A stretch of 63,945 nt of DNA, filler included, from Octopus bimaculoides (Eukaryota), in the NCBI RefSeq assembly GCF_001194135.2. It is 7 parts of 7 records of this genome, joined end to end, with 100 filler letters (N's around TTAATTAATTAA, not from the genome) between each part and the next. Parts side by side here need not be neighbours in the genome. Positions count along the whole stretch, not along the records: positions 25,768 to 36,941 come from NC_068989.1; positions 37,042 to 38,948 come from NW_026432532.1; positions 39,049 to 46,474 come from NC_068986.1; positions 46,575 to 61,793 come from NC_069000.1; 3 more parts are not named here. One strand, written 5' to 3'. Below the pieces are notes generated by a model. The model did not search any database, had not been told where the DNA came from, and worked only from the letters and a program-made list of their open reading frames with translations. A program made the position numbers and the translations under genes. This document shows, one piece after another, positions 34,401 through 48,704 of the stretch. Position 1 is the first letter of the stretch, and the number at the start of each line of letters is the position of its first letter.

Positions 34401-37400
34401 AGCAAATTTAAAATGAAAAAAGCAAATAAAACGAAGGTATGGAGATTAAATACGCTTTACATCGCTTAATCAGCCAAAGGANNNNNNNNNNNNNNNNNNN
34501 NNNNNNNNNNNNNNNNNNNNNNNNNNNNNNNNNNNNNNNNNNNNNNNNNNNNNNNNNNNNNNNNNNNNNNNNNNNNNNNNNNNNNNNNNNNNNNNNNNNN
34601 NNNNNNNNNNNNNNNNNNNNNNNNNNNNNNNNNNNNNNNNNNNNNNNNNNNNNNNNNNNNNNNNNNNNNNNNNNNNNNNNNNNNNNNNNNNNNNNNNNNN
34701 NNNNNNNNNNNNNNNNNNNNNNNNNNNNNNNNNNNNNNNNNNNNNNNNNNNNNNNNNNNNNNNNNNNNNNNNNNNNNNNNNNNNNNNNNNNNNNNNNNNN
34801 NNNNNNNNNNNNNNNNNNNNNNNNNNNNNNNNNNNNNNNNNNNNNNNNNNNNNNNNNNNNNNNNNNNNNNNNNNNNNNNNNNNNNNNNNNNNNNNNNNNN
34901 GGGTTCTTTATCGCAAATAGCTGTTACTTGGTAGCAGGGCATGCTAGAAATAGCAGCCAAATCTTTGGAGGTGAGATACGTTGAATGCACTCGAAAAAGA
35001 CCTATGGAAAAAATTATTTCACACCGTGGTTACGAACGAGTCTTTTACGAAATATTTACTGTATTTCTAATGTCATTTTCACTTTAAAATATTTTTTAAA
35101 TATGCCAAAGATTTTTTGTGATGGCATTGACTTGAAAATAACTTTAAAAAACATAAAAATATTGTCTGTTTAAAGAAAGCTAAAATATAAATACTTACTG
35201 TACAAACAACTTAAATTTTTGAAATCACTCCCACTTTAAAATATTTCTAAATGATTAAAATATTGTGCTTAACAAAAGCGAAAATAGAAACATTTACTGT
35301 AAAAAAACAACTCGTATTTTTTCGTTGTCAAGTCACTGTGTCTAAACGAAAGGTTAGAGTTTCTTCCCTTTCAGATGAAGTTATATTTGAATATTTTCCC
35401 ATTATGCACCTTTTTGAGTATTTATACTCCCAGATCCCGAATATCTCAATAACTACTGATCCGATTTACGCGAAACTTGTTTTATTCCGTTCGTATTAAC
35501 ATTTCAGGGGTAAAAATAATTCATAGTATTTTCCCATTATGCGCCAGTCTGGCAGGCAAACAAACAAGCAGTCAAGGCTGAACTCCACTTTTATTAGTAT
35601 ATCATTCAACTACAGTCGTGGTTGAATATATTCTTAAGTCCACCATTTCGTCAATCGCAGCAGCTTCCAAGATTCACCACTAATTCAGTTCTCAACTAAA
35701 TTGCAAACTGATAACAATTTTAAAGAGGACATCTCCTCAGCTACACTTTGGCATAAATAGTTTGAGATTTGGTTCAGTAGAAAAAAGTTACACCAAAATA
35801 TGTGAGGTTTAAAGGTGGACAGTAAGGTACCAATTCATCTTCAATTAAGATAAATTTCTTATTTTAAAATAAAAGTATACTTTTCTTAGGCTTAAATGAT
35901 AGATAGAAAAAATGCATGAGGAATTCAGAATTGTTAGTTAAATTGAACAAAAGTTAATAGAAAAAAAGTTATGAGGTGAAATGTCATGAAATTTATTGTC
36001 ATTAAGTGAGGAAGTAAGAAGTAACGCCCCAATCTAACGCGGCGAGTTGGCAGAAACGGTATTTCGTCTGTCTTTTCGTTCTGAGTTCAAATTCCACTGA
36101 AGTCGACTTTACCTTTCGTATATTTTATTTTCTAATTAAGTATTTAATAAATTTATTTTTAATATGCTGTTGAATTAGCGTAAGTTTAACTTTTATTACT
36201 AATTTTCTCTTTCAGCTTTAATTAACTTGCTTTCTGCTTTTCTGCTTTTCCTTTTTGTTGCTTTCCTTTTCTTTTTAATTCTTTTTAATTATTTGATTAT
36301 TAATTATTTAATCAGGCTAGTTCACTAATGTGTTATATGCTTCAGATATGTGCATCTAAATTTATTGGGGCAGGAAAATTGTCATTTTTTGGCTGTGTCT
36401 CAATGGGCAGACCTGAAGACATGTAAGGTTGTCCAGAAAAGGTATTGGTTAAAAGTGCATATATTCTAAATTTACTTTTTAAATTTCGAAATTAATTAAA
36501 AGGGATTTTTCATTAATTAAATTTATATTAATGGGATGTAGGTAATTTTAACTTGTGTATATCTGCTATGCTTTTACAATTACTGTTGTATTGAATAATT
36601 ATTGATAGATCTAGATTAGCAACAGTCAGTGCTATTATGACCAACTTAAAATCTAGGTTAGTTAAGGTAAGCCTAGTAACTGATGGTTTTGAGGTCTTGT
36701 TGTTTGTAACTTTTGGTGAGCCATGGTGAAACCGACAAGATGGTAAAATTCCCTGCCATTAATTTGGTGTGGATGAGTAATATCAAATAATTCAATCACA
36801 ACATATATTTAAATTAAACATGAAAAATTGAAATATTATCATCACTTACATGGAAAAATTGAAATATTATCTTTCAGTATTTTATAAGTTAAAATCTTAA
36901 ATTATTAATTGACACCTTATTAATTATCTTATAACAGCAATNNNNNNNNNNNNNNNNNNNNNNNNNNNNNNNNNNNNNNNNNNNNTTAATTAATTAANNN
37001 NNNNNNNNNNNNNNNNNNNNNNNNNNNNNNNNNNNNNNNNNATATATACATATATATACATATAAACATTCACACACACATGTAAATGTATACATATAAG
37101 TATATGCATGTATATATATATGTATACAGTATATATATACAGTTTGTGTATATGTATAAACGTACCTCTTTATGTATGTATGTATGTATGTGGTTAATTA
37201 TATAGGCTTTGATACAGACTCCGTTGTGGTGCAAATTTCTCAAGTATCAACTCCAAGAAATTAATGGGTGATCCTTCAGCTTAAGGTAAAATTATTTTTA
37301 TTTAAAATTAACATTAGGTTCGAGCTAGCAGAACGATTAGAATGACGGACAAAATGCTAAGTAGCGTTGGATTCCGTCTTTACTGTAGGAATTCAAATTG

Positions 37401-38532
37401 AGCCAATGTCTACTTTGTCTGTCATCATTTCGGTATCGCTGAAGTAAATACCAGTAACATACTAAGGTCACGGTTGTCGACTAGCTCGCGCCCCACCTCA
37501 TTCTCTGGCCTTGTGCCTAGGGTGGAAAGAATAATAAACAAACATTGCATATATATATATATATATATATATAGGCTCGAAACGTTAAAGACTTTTTCAT
37601 TTTCCGAGCGTTATACTAATACATCTGTTTGTTGTCTACACNNNNNNNNNNNNNNNNNNNNNNNNNNNNNNNNNNNNNNNNNNNNNNNNNNNNNNNNNNN
37701 NNNNNNNNNNNNNNNNNNNNNNNNNNNNNNNNNNNNNNNNNNNNNNNNNNNNNNNNNNNNNNNNNNNNNNNNNNNNNNNNNNNNNNNNNNNNNNNNNNNN
37801 NNNNNNNNNNNNNNNNNNNNNNNNNNNNNNNNNNNNNNNNNNNNNNNNNNNNNNNNNNNNNNNNNNNNNNNNNNNNNNNNNNNNNNNNNNNNNNNNNNNN
37901 NNNNNNNNNNNNNNNNNNNNNNNNNNNNNNNNNNNNNNNNNNNNNNNNNNNNNNNNNNNNNNNNNNNNNNNNNNNNNNNNNNNNNNNNNNNNNNNNNNNN
38001 NNNNNNNNNNNNNNNNNNNNNNNNNNNNNNNNNNNNNNNNNNNNNNNNNNNNNNNNNNNNNNNNNNNNNNNNNNNNNNNNNNNNNNNNNNNNNNNNNNNN
38101 NNNNNNNNNNNNNNNNNNNNNNNNNNNNNNNNNNNNNNNNNNNNNNNNNNNNNNNNNNNNNNNNNNNNNNNNNNNNNNNNNNNNNNNNNNNNNNNNNNNN
38201 NNNNNNNNNNNNNNNNNNNNNNNNNNNNNNNNNNNNNNNNNNNNNNNNNNNNNNNNNNNNNNNNNNNNNNNNNNNNNNNNNNNNNNNNNNNNNNNNNNNN
38301 NNNNNNNNNNNNNNNNNNNNNNNNNNNNNNNNNNNNNNNNNNNNNNNNNNNNNNNNNNNNNNNNNNNNNNNNNNNNNNNNNNNNNNNNNNNNNNNNNNNN
38401 NNNNNNNNNNNNNNNNNNNNNNNNNNNNNNNNNNNNNNNNNNNNNNNNNNNNNNNNNNTATATATATATGAATATATACACAAATCTAACTTTCTCCGTA
38501 CCTCTCTATGTATATATTTATATCCCTACCTA

Positions 38533-38574
<42 letters not shown>

Positions 38575-38900
38575 CAGATACATACCCCCCCACACACACA
38601 CCATATGTATGTAGTGTCTTTTCAGTTTTCCTCCGAATGCATAGGAATTATGTCATATTAACACGAGCATTTTCCTCCGGCAACCCAACAATTGCGCACT
38701 AATGACGGTATATCAATATACAGATCGAGGGTCAACCATATTTTCACATCGAGATCGTAAATTTCATTCTGATAATTTAAAGTACATAATGTTATTGGTG
38801 TATTTCTTATAGCGTCCGTACCAATATGTGTGTGTGTGTGCGTGTATGTATAAACATGTGCACACAAAATACATACAAAGCATTCATATAAATATATAAA

Positions 38901-38948
<48 letters not shown>

Positions 38949-39260
38949 NNNNNNNNNNNNNNNNNNNNNNNNNNNNNNNNNNNNNNNNNNNNTTAATTAA
39001 TTAANNNNNNNNNNNNNNNNNNNNNNNNNNNNNNNNNNNNNNNNNNNNTATTATAAATGTGGCAACATTTCAAATCTCTCCAACTTGGATTTGAAATGTT
39101 GCCACATTTATAATATGTCTTTTCTACAGTAATTTTTCTGCATTTTCGTGCAGCTGAAGATTGCTCTTCATATTGCATTTAAAGTAATGCTCGCATTACT
39201 TAAATAAATTGAAGTACCATGAAACGTGCGTACTGCAATCACCTTTGAAATCCGTGTTGC

Positions 39261-39300
<40 letters not shown>

Positions 39301-40939
39301 CTGTATTATTACTGTTATTAATGATGATATTAATAAGATAATAATAGAATGGTTAACAATTTCACGCTGTTACAGGCACTATATAAACTAAATTTAGATT
39401 CAATTGGATATATGATACCACTTGCTAAAATCAGAGACTAGGCTCCAAAACCACCATTAGAAATAGGCTTACCTTTGCGATGAATATATCAGTAAGTAAT
39501 GTATATTTCAATACCATTTGATTTCACTCTCTGTATGACCAACATACTCTGGGATCTGCAGTTGAAAATAACATTTTAACATCTATTTCTAAAATATTCA
39601 CAACATTAGCTCGTGTGCGTCCCTTACTTTAAACATCCAGCTCCGTTTAAAAGAAAACTATATCGAGTAAGAATAAATTTAAATAAAGACGTATCATTAC
39701 CGTTATTAATGATATTAATAAGGTAATAAGGTAATATTGTGCATATAACGGTGTGAGCTTGCTATTATTTATTTATGTCTTCATCTGAAGGATGAAACAA
39801 TGACTGTGTCTTTCTCATTTTGTAGAATATACCGGTACCATGAAACGGTGTATTGCATTGTATATATATTAGCCATAATTCCTAGAAAAACATACAGAGA
39901 CCCTCAAAAGGGATTGTTTGTGTTTTGATATACCAAGGTAAGTATTTTTAAGAGGTAAGACAAGATAGTAAAACAATAGCCAATTATCGTTCCGATGGTA
40001 ACGAGGAATAGACAATGAGCCATAACACCTCGGAACACGATACAGGGACCACACCGAAGTTATTGATTGAGCGTGTGTGCTTATGGTGGTGTGTTACTAA
40101 AATCTTTCGTCCGAGTTTAGATGAGCGAGCGTCGTGTCAATAGCGCCGAGGTACAATTTTTTCAGTCGGATTCTCAACCTTACTGCAAGCCTTACCGGTT
40201 CTTCCTTTCAACTTTTTCGGATTCTAGACGTCGAGACAAAGAAAATGATATACGAACCTCGAAAATGGCCGGGAATGCGCTTAAGACATTCTGTTATTAA
40301 ACGCCTCATTTAAAAGTCCTTATTTTGAAGGTTAGAGATAATGGTTTGGTAGTACTAAAGAACGGTTTCCATTTAATGCAAATAATTTGACTTATAAGTT
40401 TGAAGGCAAGAAAAAAGTGATTATTTTAACTTAATTTGGAATTAAAAACCCAGGTGAAATGATAGCAACATTTATCTCTGCAGAAAACATATTTCTTTAT
40501 ATTCCAGAATCGATAAAAATGCTCTATTTCTGTTGATGAGAAAATATTTTAAGAAAACGAACTGAACAGTAACGGGATCAAAGTTTGGTTGAATTGATAA
40601 AGTATTTAATTAAATAACATGTAATTTCTGATTGAAATTGTATGAAAGGCCTACTTTGTCACAAGAATTTCTTACTTCCCATTCTAATTCCGACCCCATA
40701 ACAATTAAAGCCCCTTCCGTACCTCCATCAAAAGAAACGTCCAATATAGATAGACTGGATATTGTCATTAACGAAGATGATGAAAACAATCAAGATATCG
40801 TCCAATCGTCTTATGATCTAAAAAATATTATTAAAGACATGAAAATATTTGAAATTCCAGGAGAGCAAACAGTTTCTGGTCCTGAGAACTAATCTTTCAA
40901 ATTCCATTGAAGTGTTTCATCAAGATTCTTGAAATAGTT

Positions 40940-41440
40940 TTATGCAAAGGGTGCCTTCTGGCATAGAGACATACTGTACAACTGCTTGACCCCAAGTCAC
41001 TCCAAGTCACCCCAAGTCTACAAGACCTGGTCACAAAACACGACGGCTCCATCGTGGAAATATGCGGAAGTTTCCTAAGAGGAAATAAAATGTAGATTCA
41101 GTGTGGACAGCAGCTACTGGACAACGGTCTTTTTTGGAAATGACACAGGATATTGTAAGGCTACTGACCTGGCTTCATCAGACATTGAGTTTGAGAAACA
41201 TGTACCAGCACTCGCGACCACCGTAAACAACAAAAGATCCAGGGTGGCTACCTCTGACACCTCTATAGATATGTCAGACCAGTGCTTACTACCGATACCC
41301 TATAGTACCATGGAGTTGGCGCAGATGTTTTCAAGAAACAACTTGATCACCTGCTGTCCAAGGTCCTGGATAAGCCTGCAAGAAATTCAAAAGGTGGCAG
41401 CAACATGAAGCTCCTTTCTTCGCCAAAAGCCAATCGCATA
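40940..41440 (+). mobile_element. Old CR1/L2-like LINE ORF2 3' remnant
   Basis: SYWTT; HGVGADVFKKQLDHLLSKVLDKP; VAAT*SSFLRQ, parallel to MEVDAFKKELDILFTTIPDEP in the copy at 61922-63050. Confidence 0.65.
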
Positions 41441-42835
41441 AAAATTGCCATTGAAAAGTTGATTACACTGGCGTTGCCCCATAGAAAAGAATTAAAGAAT
41501 TCCGAAAAAGTGTTTTGAACACAAGTATCCATGTTTTATGTTTATGGAATAAATTTTTGTATTAATTCTTCATTTTTTGTGTGTGTGTGTGTCCAACATT
41601 CTAATAAATATGTTGGAGTTTTTCTTCTCTTGATTCTGAGGATGAACCCAGGAAAACTGTGAAGCGATCACGGTGTCTAAATAGCGTTGCTCTTAACTGG
41701 TTCATAAGTGAATCCCGTTCTTATTGATCAGTTCGGGTCACGTGATGGAATCAGTACTTCGATGATTGCTAAGGATTAATAATAACTATATGTCATAATG
41801 GCGGATACCTAGTGAATGGCAGGCAACTCTGATGCAGTAGTTAGGTTTTGATTGTCTTTCTTTTCTGAGAAAGACAGCGAAATCAACAATTTCAATAAAA
41901 TTTATTAAATACTCTTCATTAATTGTAAAATCTAGTTTTGGCTCCTTTGGTGGTATCAGAATAGAAGTTCAGCTTAATTATTCAGAGATACAGCGGTTGT
42001 TGCAATATGTGTAGCTTCTCATAAAGATAAAGACGACAGTTGTATGCTGCAGAGAATTAGAAAGGTCCATGTTATGATTGCTCCAGGTTATAATGAGTAG
42101 ATGATGTTCAAGGAACGACCTGTTTAACGCGCCTGTATCATGTCATAAAAAAACTTCTGCGTAGTTACACCGAATTTAAATTGATATAAAAATTAATGAC
42201 GACTTATTCATTGCTATGAACAACTGAAACTATATATCATATGTAAATCTGACCTTATATAAATATGTTGACTATCCGATACATTGAATGGTTGTAGACC
42301 AGGATACCATATAACAATCGCCCTGCACGCCGTACAAAATGTTGAACAGTAATTGTTTCCCGAATTGATAGGTTTTGAGTTGAAATTCCGCCGATATGAA
42401 CTTTGTCTTTAATTCTTTCTGGGGCGATAAAATGGAGTACCAGTGAAGTACAGGGATCGAAATAATCGATTTGTGCCCCCTTTCAAAACTGCCGGCTTTG
42501 GGCCAAAATTGAAAGAATTATTATTCCTACTCTAAGCATGCGCCTGTAGATTGGAGAGCAACATTTAGGAGAGAGCGTGTGCTTTTGGTAGCCAAGGTAA
42601 TCCTGGATCTGCGGGGTTCCTTGCTTGGCCCTAGTTGGCGTTTCTCCTGTATCAGGTCTGCATCAGTCATGTTTTCACATACTTTTTATACGATGTAAAC
42701 TTTTATCACATTCAACCGTTTTTTTCAATTCTTACTCCCAAACCTCTATGAAAATCCCTACACAAATTATTGTCTGCCCTTATCAATGCCCCGTGCCTAA
42801 TAAATTTATTACTGTCGTTGTTGTTGATATTATTA

Positions 42836-43020
<185 letters not shown>

Positions 43021-43193
43021 ATCTAATCATTTCTGAGTTTCAGTCACACCAGTTACAATGCAGAAGAAAGTCTAGTTCAACTTTACCCGATGTCAAATTT
43101 CTTGGAAACAAGACAGAAATAATATTTTTATAAAATGTCATTGAACTTAAATCGATAATATAACAATGATAATTTCTACAAACATCAACACCG

Positions 43194-43267
<74 letters not shown>

Positions 43268-44404
43268 CCACCTCTCTCTCTCACTTTCTCTCACTCTCCA
43301 TCGACAAACTGCACAGTGTTTTCTTGTCTTCCTTTCATTAGCTCACGTACATTTTAATATACTACCAGTCATAGTAAGCTACAGTAGCTTTCAAATGATA
43401 TTTCGCTATCATAAATCTACAAAGGTCTTCGAGTTCCTACACAGAATGTGTAGAATTGTTCTGTAAATCTTTTACTTTGCTGAACAAAGAAATCTATGAC
43501 TTTTACTGACGCAAGCATTTAGACATATTTTTTTAAAGCTTATATCTATTTTCACTGATCTAACGCAGTATTAGATGTATTGTGCAGTTTTGCAGTTAGA
43601 TGTAATCTTGTAGTGTACAATTGTTAGTAACATTGTAATGTATTATGTAGCATTGTCTAGTGAATGTTGAAATTGCTGCTGTATATTTTGTATATCTTCA
43701 AAGAGACTATTTTGTGCAGCTGACTACGTTATAGAAATTTATGTTCTGACCTCAGGAATAAACATGAATAGCCATGCTTTATAGAACTACATTATCGAAA
43801 CTTGTACCAGAAATAACAAATGTCGTCTTACATGCGCTGGAATTGGTGTAATTTTCCTATATATGTCAGATATGTTGATGGTTTGTTCTGGATTTATCTG
43901 ACGAATAGAAAATTATACACGTTTATTTGGCCTGTAAAGTATTTAAAATATTTAGACACAGGGGCGATAAACGTTTCGAGATAAACGAGTGATCATGTAA
44001 CCCCATAGCAATAATTTCATGGGCGTGTTTCCTTGAAAATTCTGTTAGCAATTAAATTGGCCCTCTTAGACATTGTTAAACTCATACAAACCAAAATTTC
44101 ACATCCGGCAGTTTGCCAACTTTTCACACATGAATATAAAGATGATTTTCAAAAGAAAGGTACTCTCATAGACAAGATATAATGCCTATGTAATATTTGC
44201 TGCTTTCAATTTTTGTTGAATGTACAACTGAAGGCAACCAGACTTTAAATATATGAGCAGATCATTAAAATGAATTATTGATATTCTTCCTTAGAATATT
44301 TGAAAGGCATTCATGAGAAATAACTCGTCAGTGTCTTTTTTTAAATATATATTAATATCTTCTATACAGACATACATGTAGGTGCGTGTGTATGTATGCA
44401 GAAG

Positions 44405-44481
<77 letters not shown>

Positions 44482-44807
44482 NNNNNNNNNNNNNNNNNNN
44501 NNNNNNNNNNNNNNNNNNNNNNNNNNNNNNNNNNNNNNNNNNNNNNNNNNNNNNNNNNNNNNNNNNNNNNNNNNNNNNNNNNNNNNNNNNNNNNNNNNNN
44601 NNNNNNNNNNNNNNNNNNNNNNNNNNNNNNNNNNNNNNNNNNNNNNNNNNNNNNNNNNNNNNNNNNNNATATATATATATATGGAACAAAAACACAATAG
44701 AGTGCATTAAAACGTTTGGACAAATAGACGATACAAAGGCAGACAAGAGAAACAGCAATTAGAAGGACAGGCAAAAAGACGAGTCACCTTGGCTTTCTTT
44801 CTTCAGT

Positions 44808-45065
44808 CAAGTCCCAGAAGTCACAACCATTTCGGGCAGTTGCACTCGAGATGGTTCGATCTGGTTTCCCCCCCCCAAAAAAAAGTCTAAGCTAAGAGCA
44901 TTAGACCCCTTTGTAAGAAAGTTAGCGAATGTGTACGGTAGCAAAGACAAAAAAAAACCAATAAACAAAAAGAACGGAGAACATGGTACACAACTACGAA
45001 CACAAACGACAAGAAATAACAACAGGCGTCTTTCGACTGAGAACGAATCCAATTCACATACATAA
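44808..45065 (+). CDS. Possible exon of unknown product
   Basis: Acceptor ggctttctttcttcag (44806), then a stop-free QVPEVTTISGSCTRDGSIWFPPPKKKSKLRALDPFVRKLANVYGSKDKKK...NESNSHT*. The strand is T-poor, so the open frame may be chance; no recognisable domain. Confidence 0.2.
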   Translation, partial: QVPEVTTISGSCTRDGSIWFPPPKKKSKLRALDPFVRKLANVYGSKDKKKPINKKNGEHGTQLRTQTTRNNNRRLSTENESNSHT

Positions 45066-46316
45066 ATACATACATATGTTTCAGACAAATTACACTTAGA
45101 AATGTTGCATATATTCAGGCATTTAATATGTTCTCAATAATATTGAAAGTTACCTCGAAAGAATTCGATCACGTATAAAACCTAATCTTTAGGGTTTCAA
45201 ATTCGATTCACTTTGCCCAGGGCCTTCGTAACTCACGGTTGACTAATTTCCAACCGCGCTATGTACAGACAAGAGCAAGGTTTGTTTATTTATTATTTAT
45301 TTATTTATTTATTTACTTATTTATTAAGGAAGGCCTGGAAACGCTCATGCCTGTAAACTACTTCACACCAGGTGATGTTAACCAATGGAAAGGCCGCCTG
45401 CCTTAGTGCCGATAAAATTTGGCACCAGAGTTCGTGCAAACCTTGATGGTAGAACACAAATGTACGAGACATATACCTCACGGTAATCTGTTTGACACCC
45501 TAACAGTTCCATCAATCCACTGCCTTTGTTTGGTAAATTTTCATTGATTTCGAAACGAGGGTAAAAATTGGCCTTGACACGATTTAGCCTCATTGCGCGA
45601 AGCATTCTCTTCGAAGTGCTAACGACACTGCCAGTTCGCCGCCTTCTTCACCTGCCTATAAAAGTAGATGTAGGTGTCGAGGGTCCGAAGTTGGTACCCA
45701 TTAACCAAAACTATTCTTCATTCTTAGCTAAACAAACAAGAAATTACTAGATGTATGTGGTACAACTGAAACCTCTCGAGAATCACATGATCATCTGGGT
45801 AATTAACGAAAGTTTAGTCATCTTACCACACTCTAATACCTTTACCCAGCTCTACAAATTACTTTGCTCGAAATAATATCAATCAAACATTTTTCTGTAA
45901 ACTACTGAGGTTTCGAAATAGTATTAGTTGAACATATTTCCTGATAATCTTAATTAACTTCCCGGTTTCTAGGCTTACTTTGTTGGAAAATAGATTGTGT
46001 GTTTTGTTTACGTGGGTTTTGTGGGGAATTATTAATTTTATTTTTTTTTTACGAATGCGTCTTATTTTCTACGGATTAATTCATACAAGATGTATTTTTA
46101 GAGATGAAATCCTTAAAAAAGAAAACTGTTACTTCGTTTCTTACAACAAACAGAAAGTTATGATTTTACTGTATTTACACGCTCATCTATCTTCATTACC
46201 AACTACAAAATCGCTGTGTTATTTGTATTTCACTGTATAGCTGTGATAAACCGATAAAATAGCTGTCTCATTCTTTCTCAAATTCTCTCCTAATCTCTTT
46301 CTATCTATCTCACTCG

Positions 46317-46348
<32 letters not shown>

Positions 46349-46421
46349 TACTATATATGTGTGTGTGTGTGTGTGTGTGTTGACATACACACAGACTCAC
46401 ATATTCACCCACACACCTACA

Positions 46422-46461
<40 letters not shown>

Positions 46462-48646
46462 TATATGTATATATNNNNNNNNNNNNNNNNNNNNNNNNNN
46501 NNNNNNNNNNNNNNNNNNTTAATTAATTAANNNNNNNNNNNNNNNNNNNNNNNNNNNNNNNNNNNNNNNNNNNNATGTGTATGTAAGTGTGTGTATGTGA
46601 GTGTGCGTGTGTAGAAGGGAGAAGGGGAACCTCTATAAAGGTGAGTAGCAATGGTGGTACATGTCATCGAGGTATTTATTGCATCAGATGACACAGATAG
46701 ATAGAATGGAATGTGGGCGATGTAGTGGCGGGAATGCTGCAGCGGTGGAGGTGGTGGTGGTTCGGGTGGAGATTGTAGTTTGGTGGGATCGGGGTGGGGT
46801 TTGAGGCAGAAGCGGGAGGGAGCAATGGAAATTTACTAATACAGTTTATTGTCGTTGTTGGTGGGAATAGTTTTGGTGGGTGGTGGGATGGCGTTGATGT
46901 ATAGTTGAAATGTGAGTGGAGGAACATAGAGGAAGAACATAGGAGGACATAGAGGGAGAGAGCGAGAGAGAGACAGAGAGAGACATAGAAAGGAAGAGAG
47001 AGAGAGAGAGAGAAAGGGAGAAAGTGCGTGAGAATTTTCAGCTAGCTTTATGGTTGGTTGTATAAAGATGGTAGTGAACCAGAAGTGGGGCGGTTGGGTG
47101 TTGTAATGTTGTTGCTGTTGTTGTCCTTAATAGTGTTGTTGTTGTTGTTGTTGTTGTTGTCATTGTTGGTTGTGGTAGGGTTGTCTCTTTATTGTGTATG
47201 TTTCTTGTAAATCAACTCCCAGACATACATACATAAATACACAAACACACACGAAAAGCCACAATCAAAATTTCTCCACATACACATACTCACGCACTTA
47301 CGGTAGTATTTAAAGAGAGAATTTCCAAACGAGACACTGACAGACAATTCACAACACAGTGAGTTAAGCATCGAAAATAACTTTTTCCCGACGACCTAAC
47401 CTTTAAAAAAGTGTTGCATTCATTCGTCAACTTCAGAGTCATTCACGTTCTGTTTACATTTGGAAGATCGACGAAAGAATATAATTTTTGGAAGTAGAGT
47501 TTGGATTTTGAAGAAAGATTTTTAATTCAAAGAAGTAAAATATTCAGAGATATACATACGTATATATATATATATATATATATNNNNNNNNNNNNNNNNN
47601 NNNNNNNNNNNNNNNNNNNNNNNNNNNNNNNNNNNNNNNNNNNNNNNNNNNNNNNNNNNNNNNNNNNNNNNNNNNNNNNNNNNNNNNNNNNNNNNNNNNN
47701 NNNNNNNNNNNNNNNNNNNNNNNNNNNNNNNNNNNNNNNNNNNNNNNNNNNNNNNNNNNNNNNNNNNNNNNNNNNNNNNNNNNNNNNNNNNNNNNNNNNN
47801 NNNNNNNNNNNNNNNNNNNNNNNNNNNNNNNNNNNNNNNNNNNNNNNNNNNNNNNNNNNNNNNNNNNNNNNNNNNNNNNNNNNNNNNNNNNNNNNNNNNN
47901 NNNNNNNNNNNNNNNNNNNNNNNNNNNNNNNNNNNNNNNNNNNNNNNNNNNNNNNNNNNNNNNNNNNNNNNNNNNNNNNNNNNNNNNNNNNNNNNNNNNN
48001 NNNNNNNNNNNNNNNNNNNNNNNNNNNNNNNNNNNNNNNNNNNNNNNNNNNNNNNNNNNNNNNNNNNNNNNNNNNNNNNNNNNNNNNNNNNNNNNNNNNN
48101 NNNNNNNNNNNNNNNNNNNNNNNNNNNNNNNNNNNNNNNNNNNNNNNNNNNNNNNNNNNNNNNNNNNNNNCCTGGAAAGAGTGAAATGTTCGAGATAAGT
48201 TGCCATTTTGAAATATAAACTATCGTCTGCGTGAATATTTCATACACTTATTAATAGTATCACTATTAGCAGCTGCAGTGAGAGCAGTGGTATTGCTACG
48301 TCATCGCAGTGGTATTGCCGAGATCGAAGCTTTGGGATTCTTCTGTACTAACTGCAAACGACGTCTGTTAACTCCTTCACCGAAAAGTCAGTTACCCCTG
48401 TAGAAAGTAGAGGTCTACACTGTTGGCGGAACATGACGTAGACGTTGTGATTGAAAGGCTTGAGAAGTCCCAACGAAGCGAACACCCAGACGGAGCATAA
48501 TCATGATTTGGAAGCACTTCAAGAGCAACCTTGTATTTCTACACCTTGTATTGCATATACGCACGCACGCACTCACAGCTGCCCTGAATTACACCAGTGA
48601 AATAACAAACACTATGTGAAGACGACCACAACTTCGTACACTCCAC

Positions 48647-48704
<58 letters not shown>

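Noticed and set aside
39301-39740. ~45-bp AT-rich direct repeats about 390 bp apart
   Set aside because: Low complexity (ATT/AAT-rich), with no TIR or coding signal between them.
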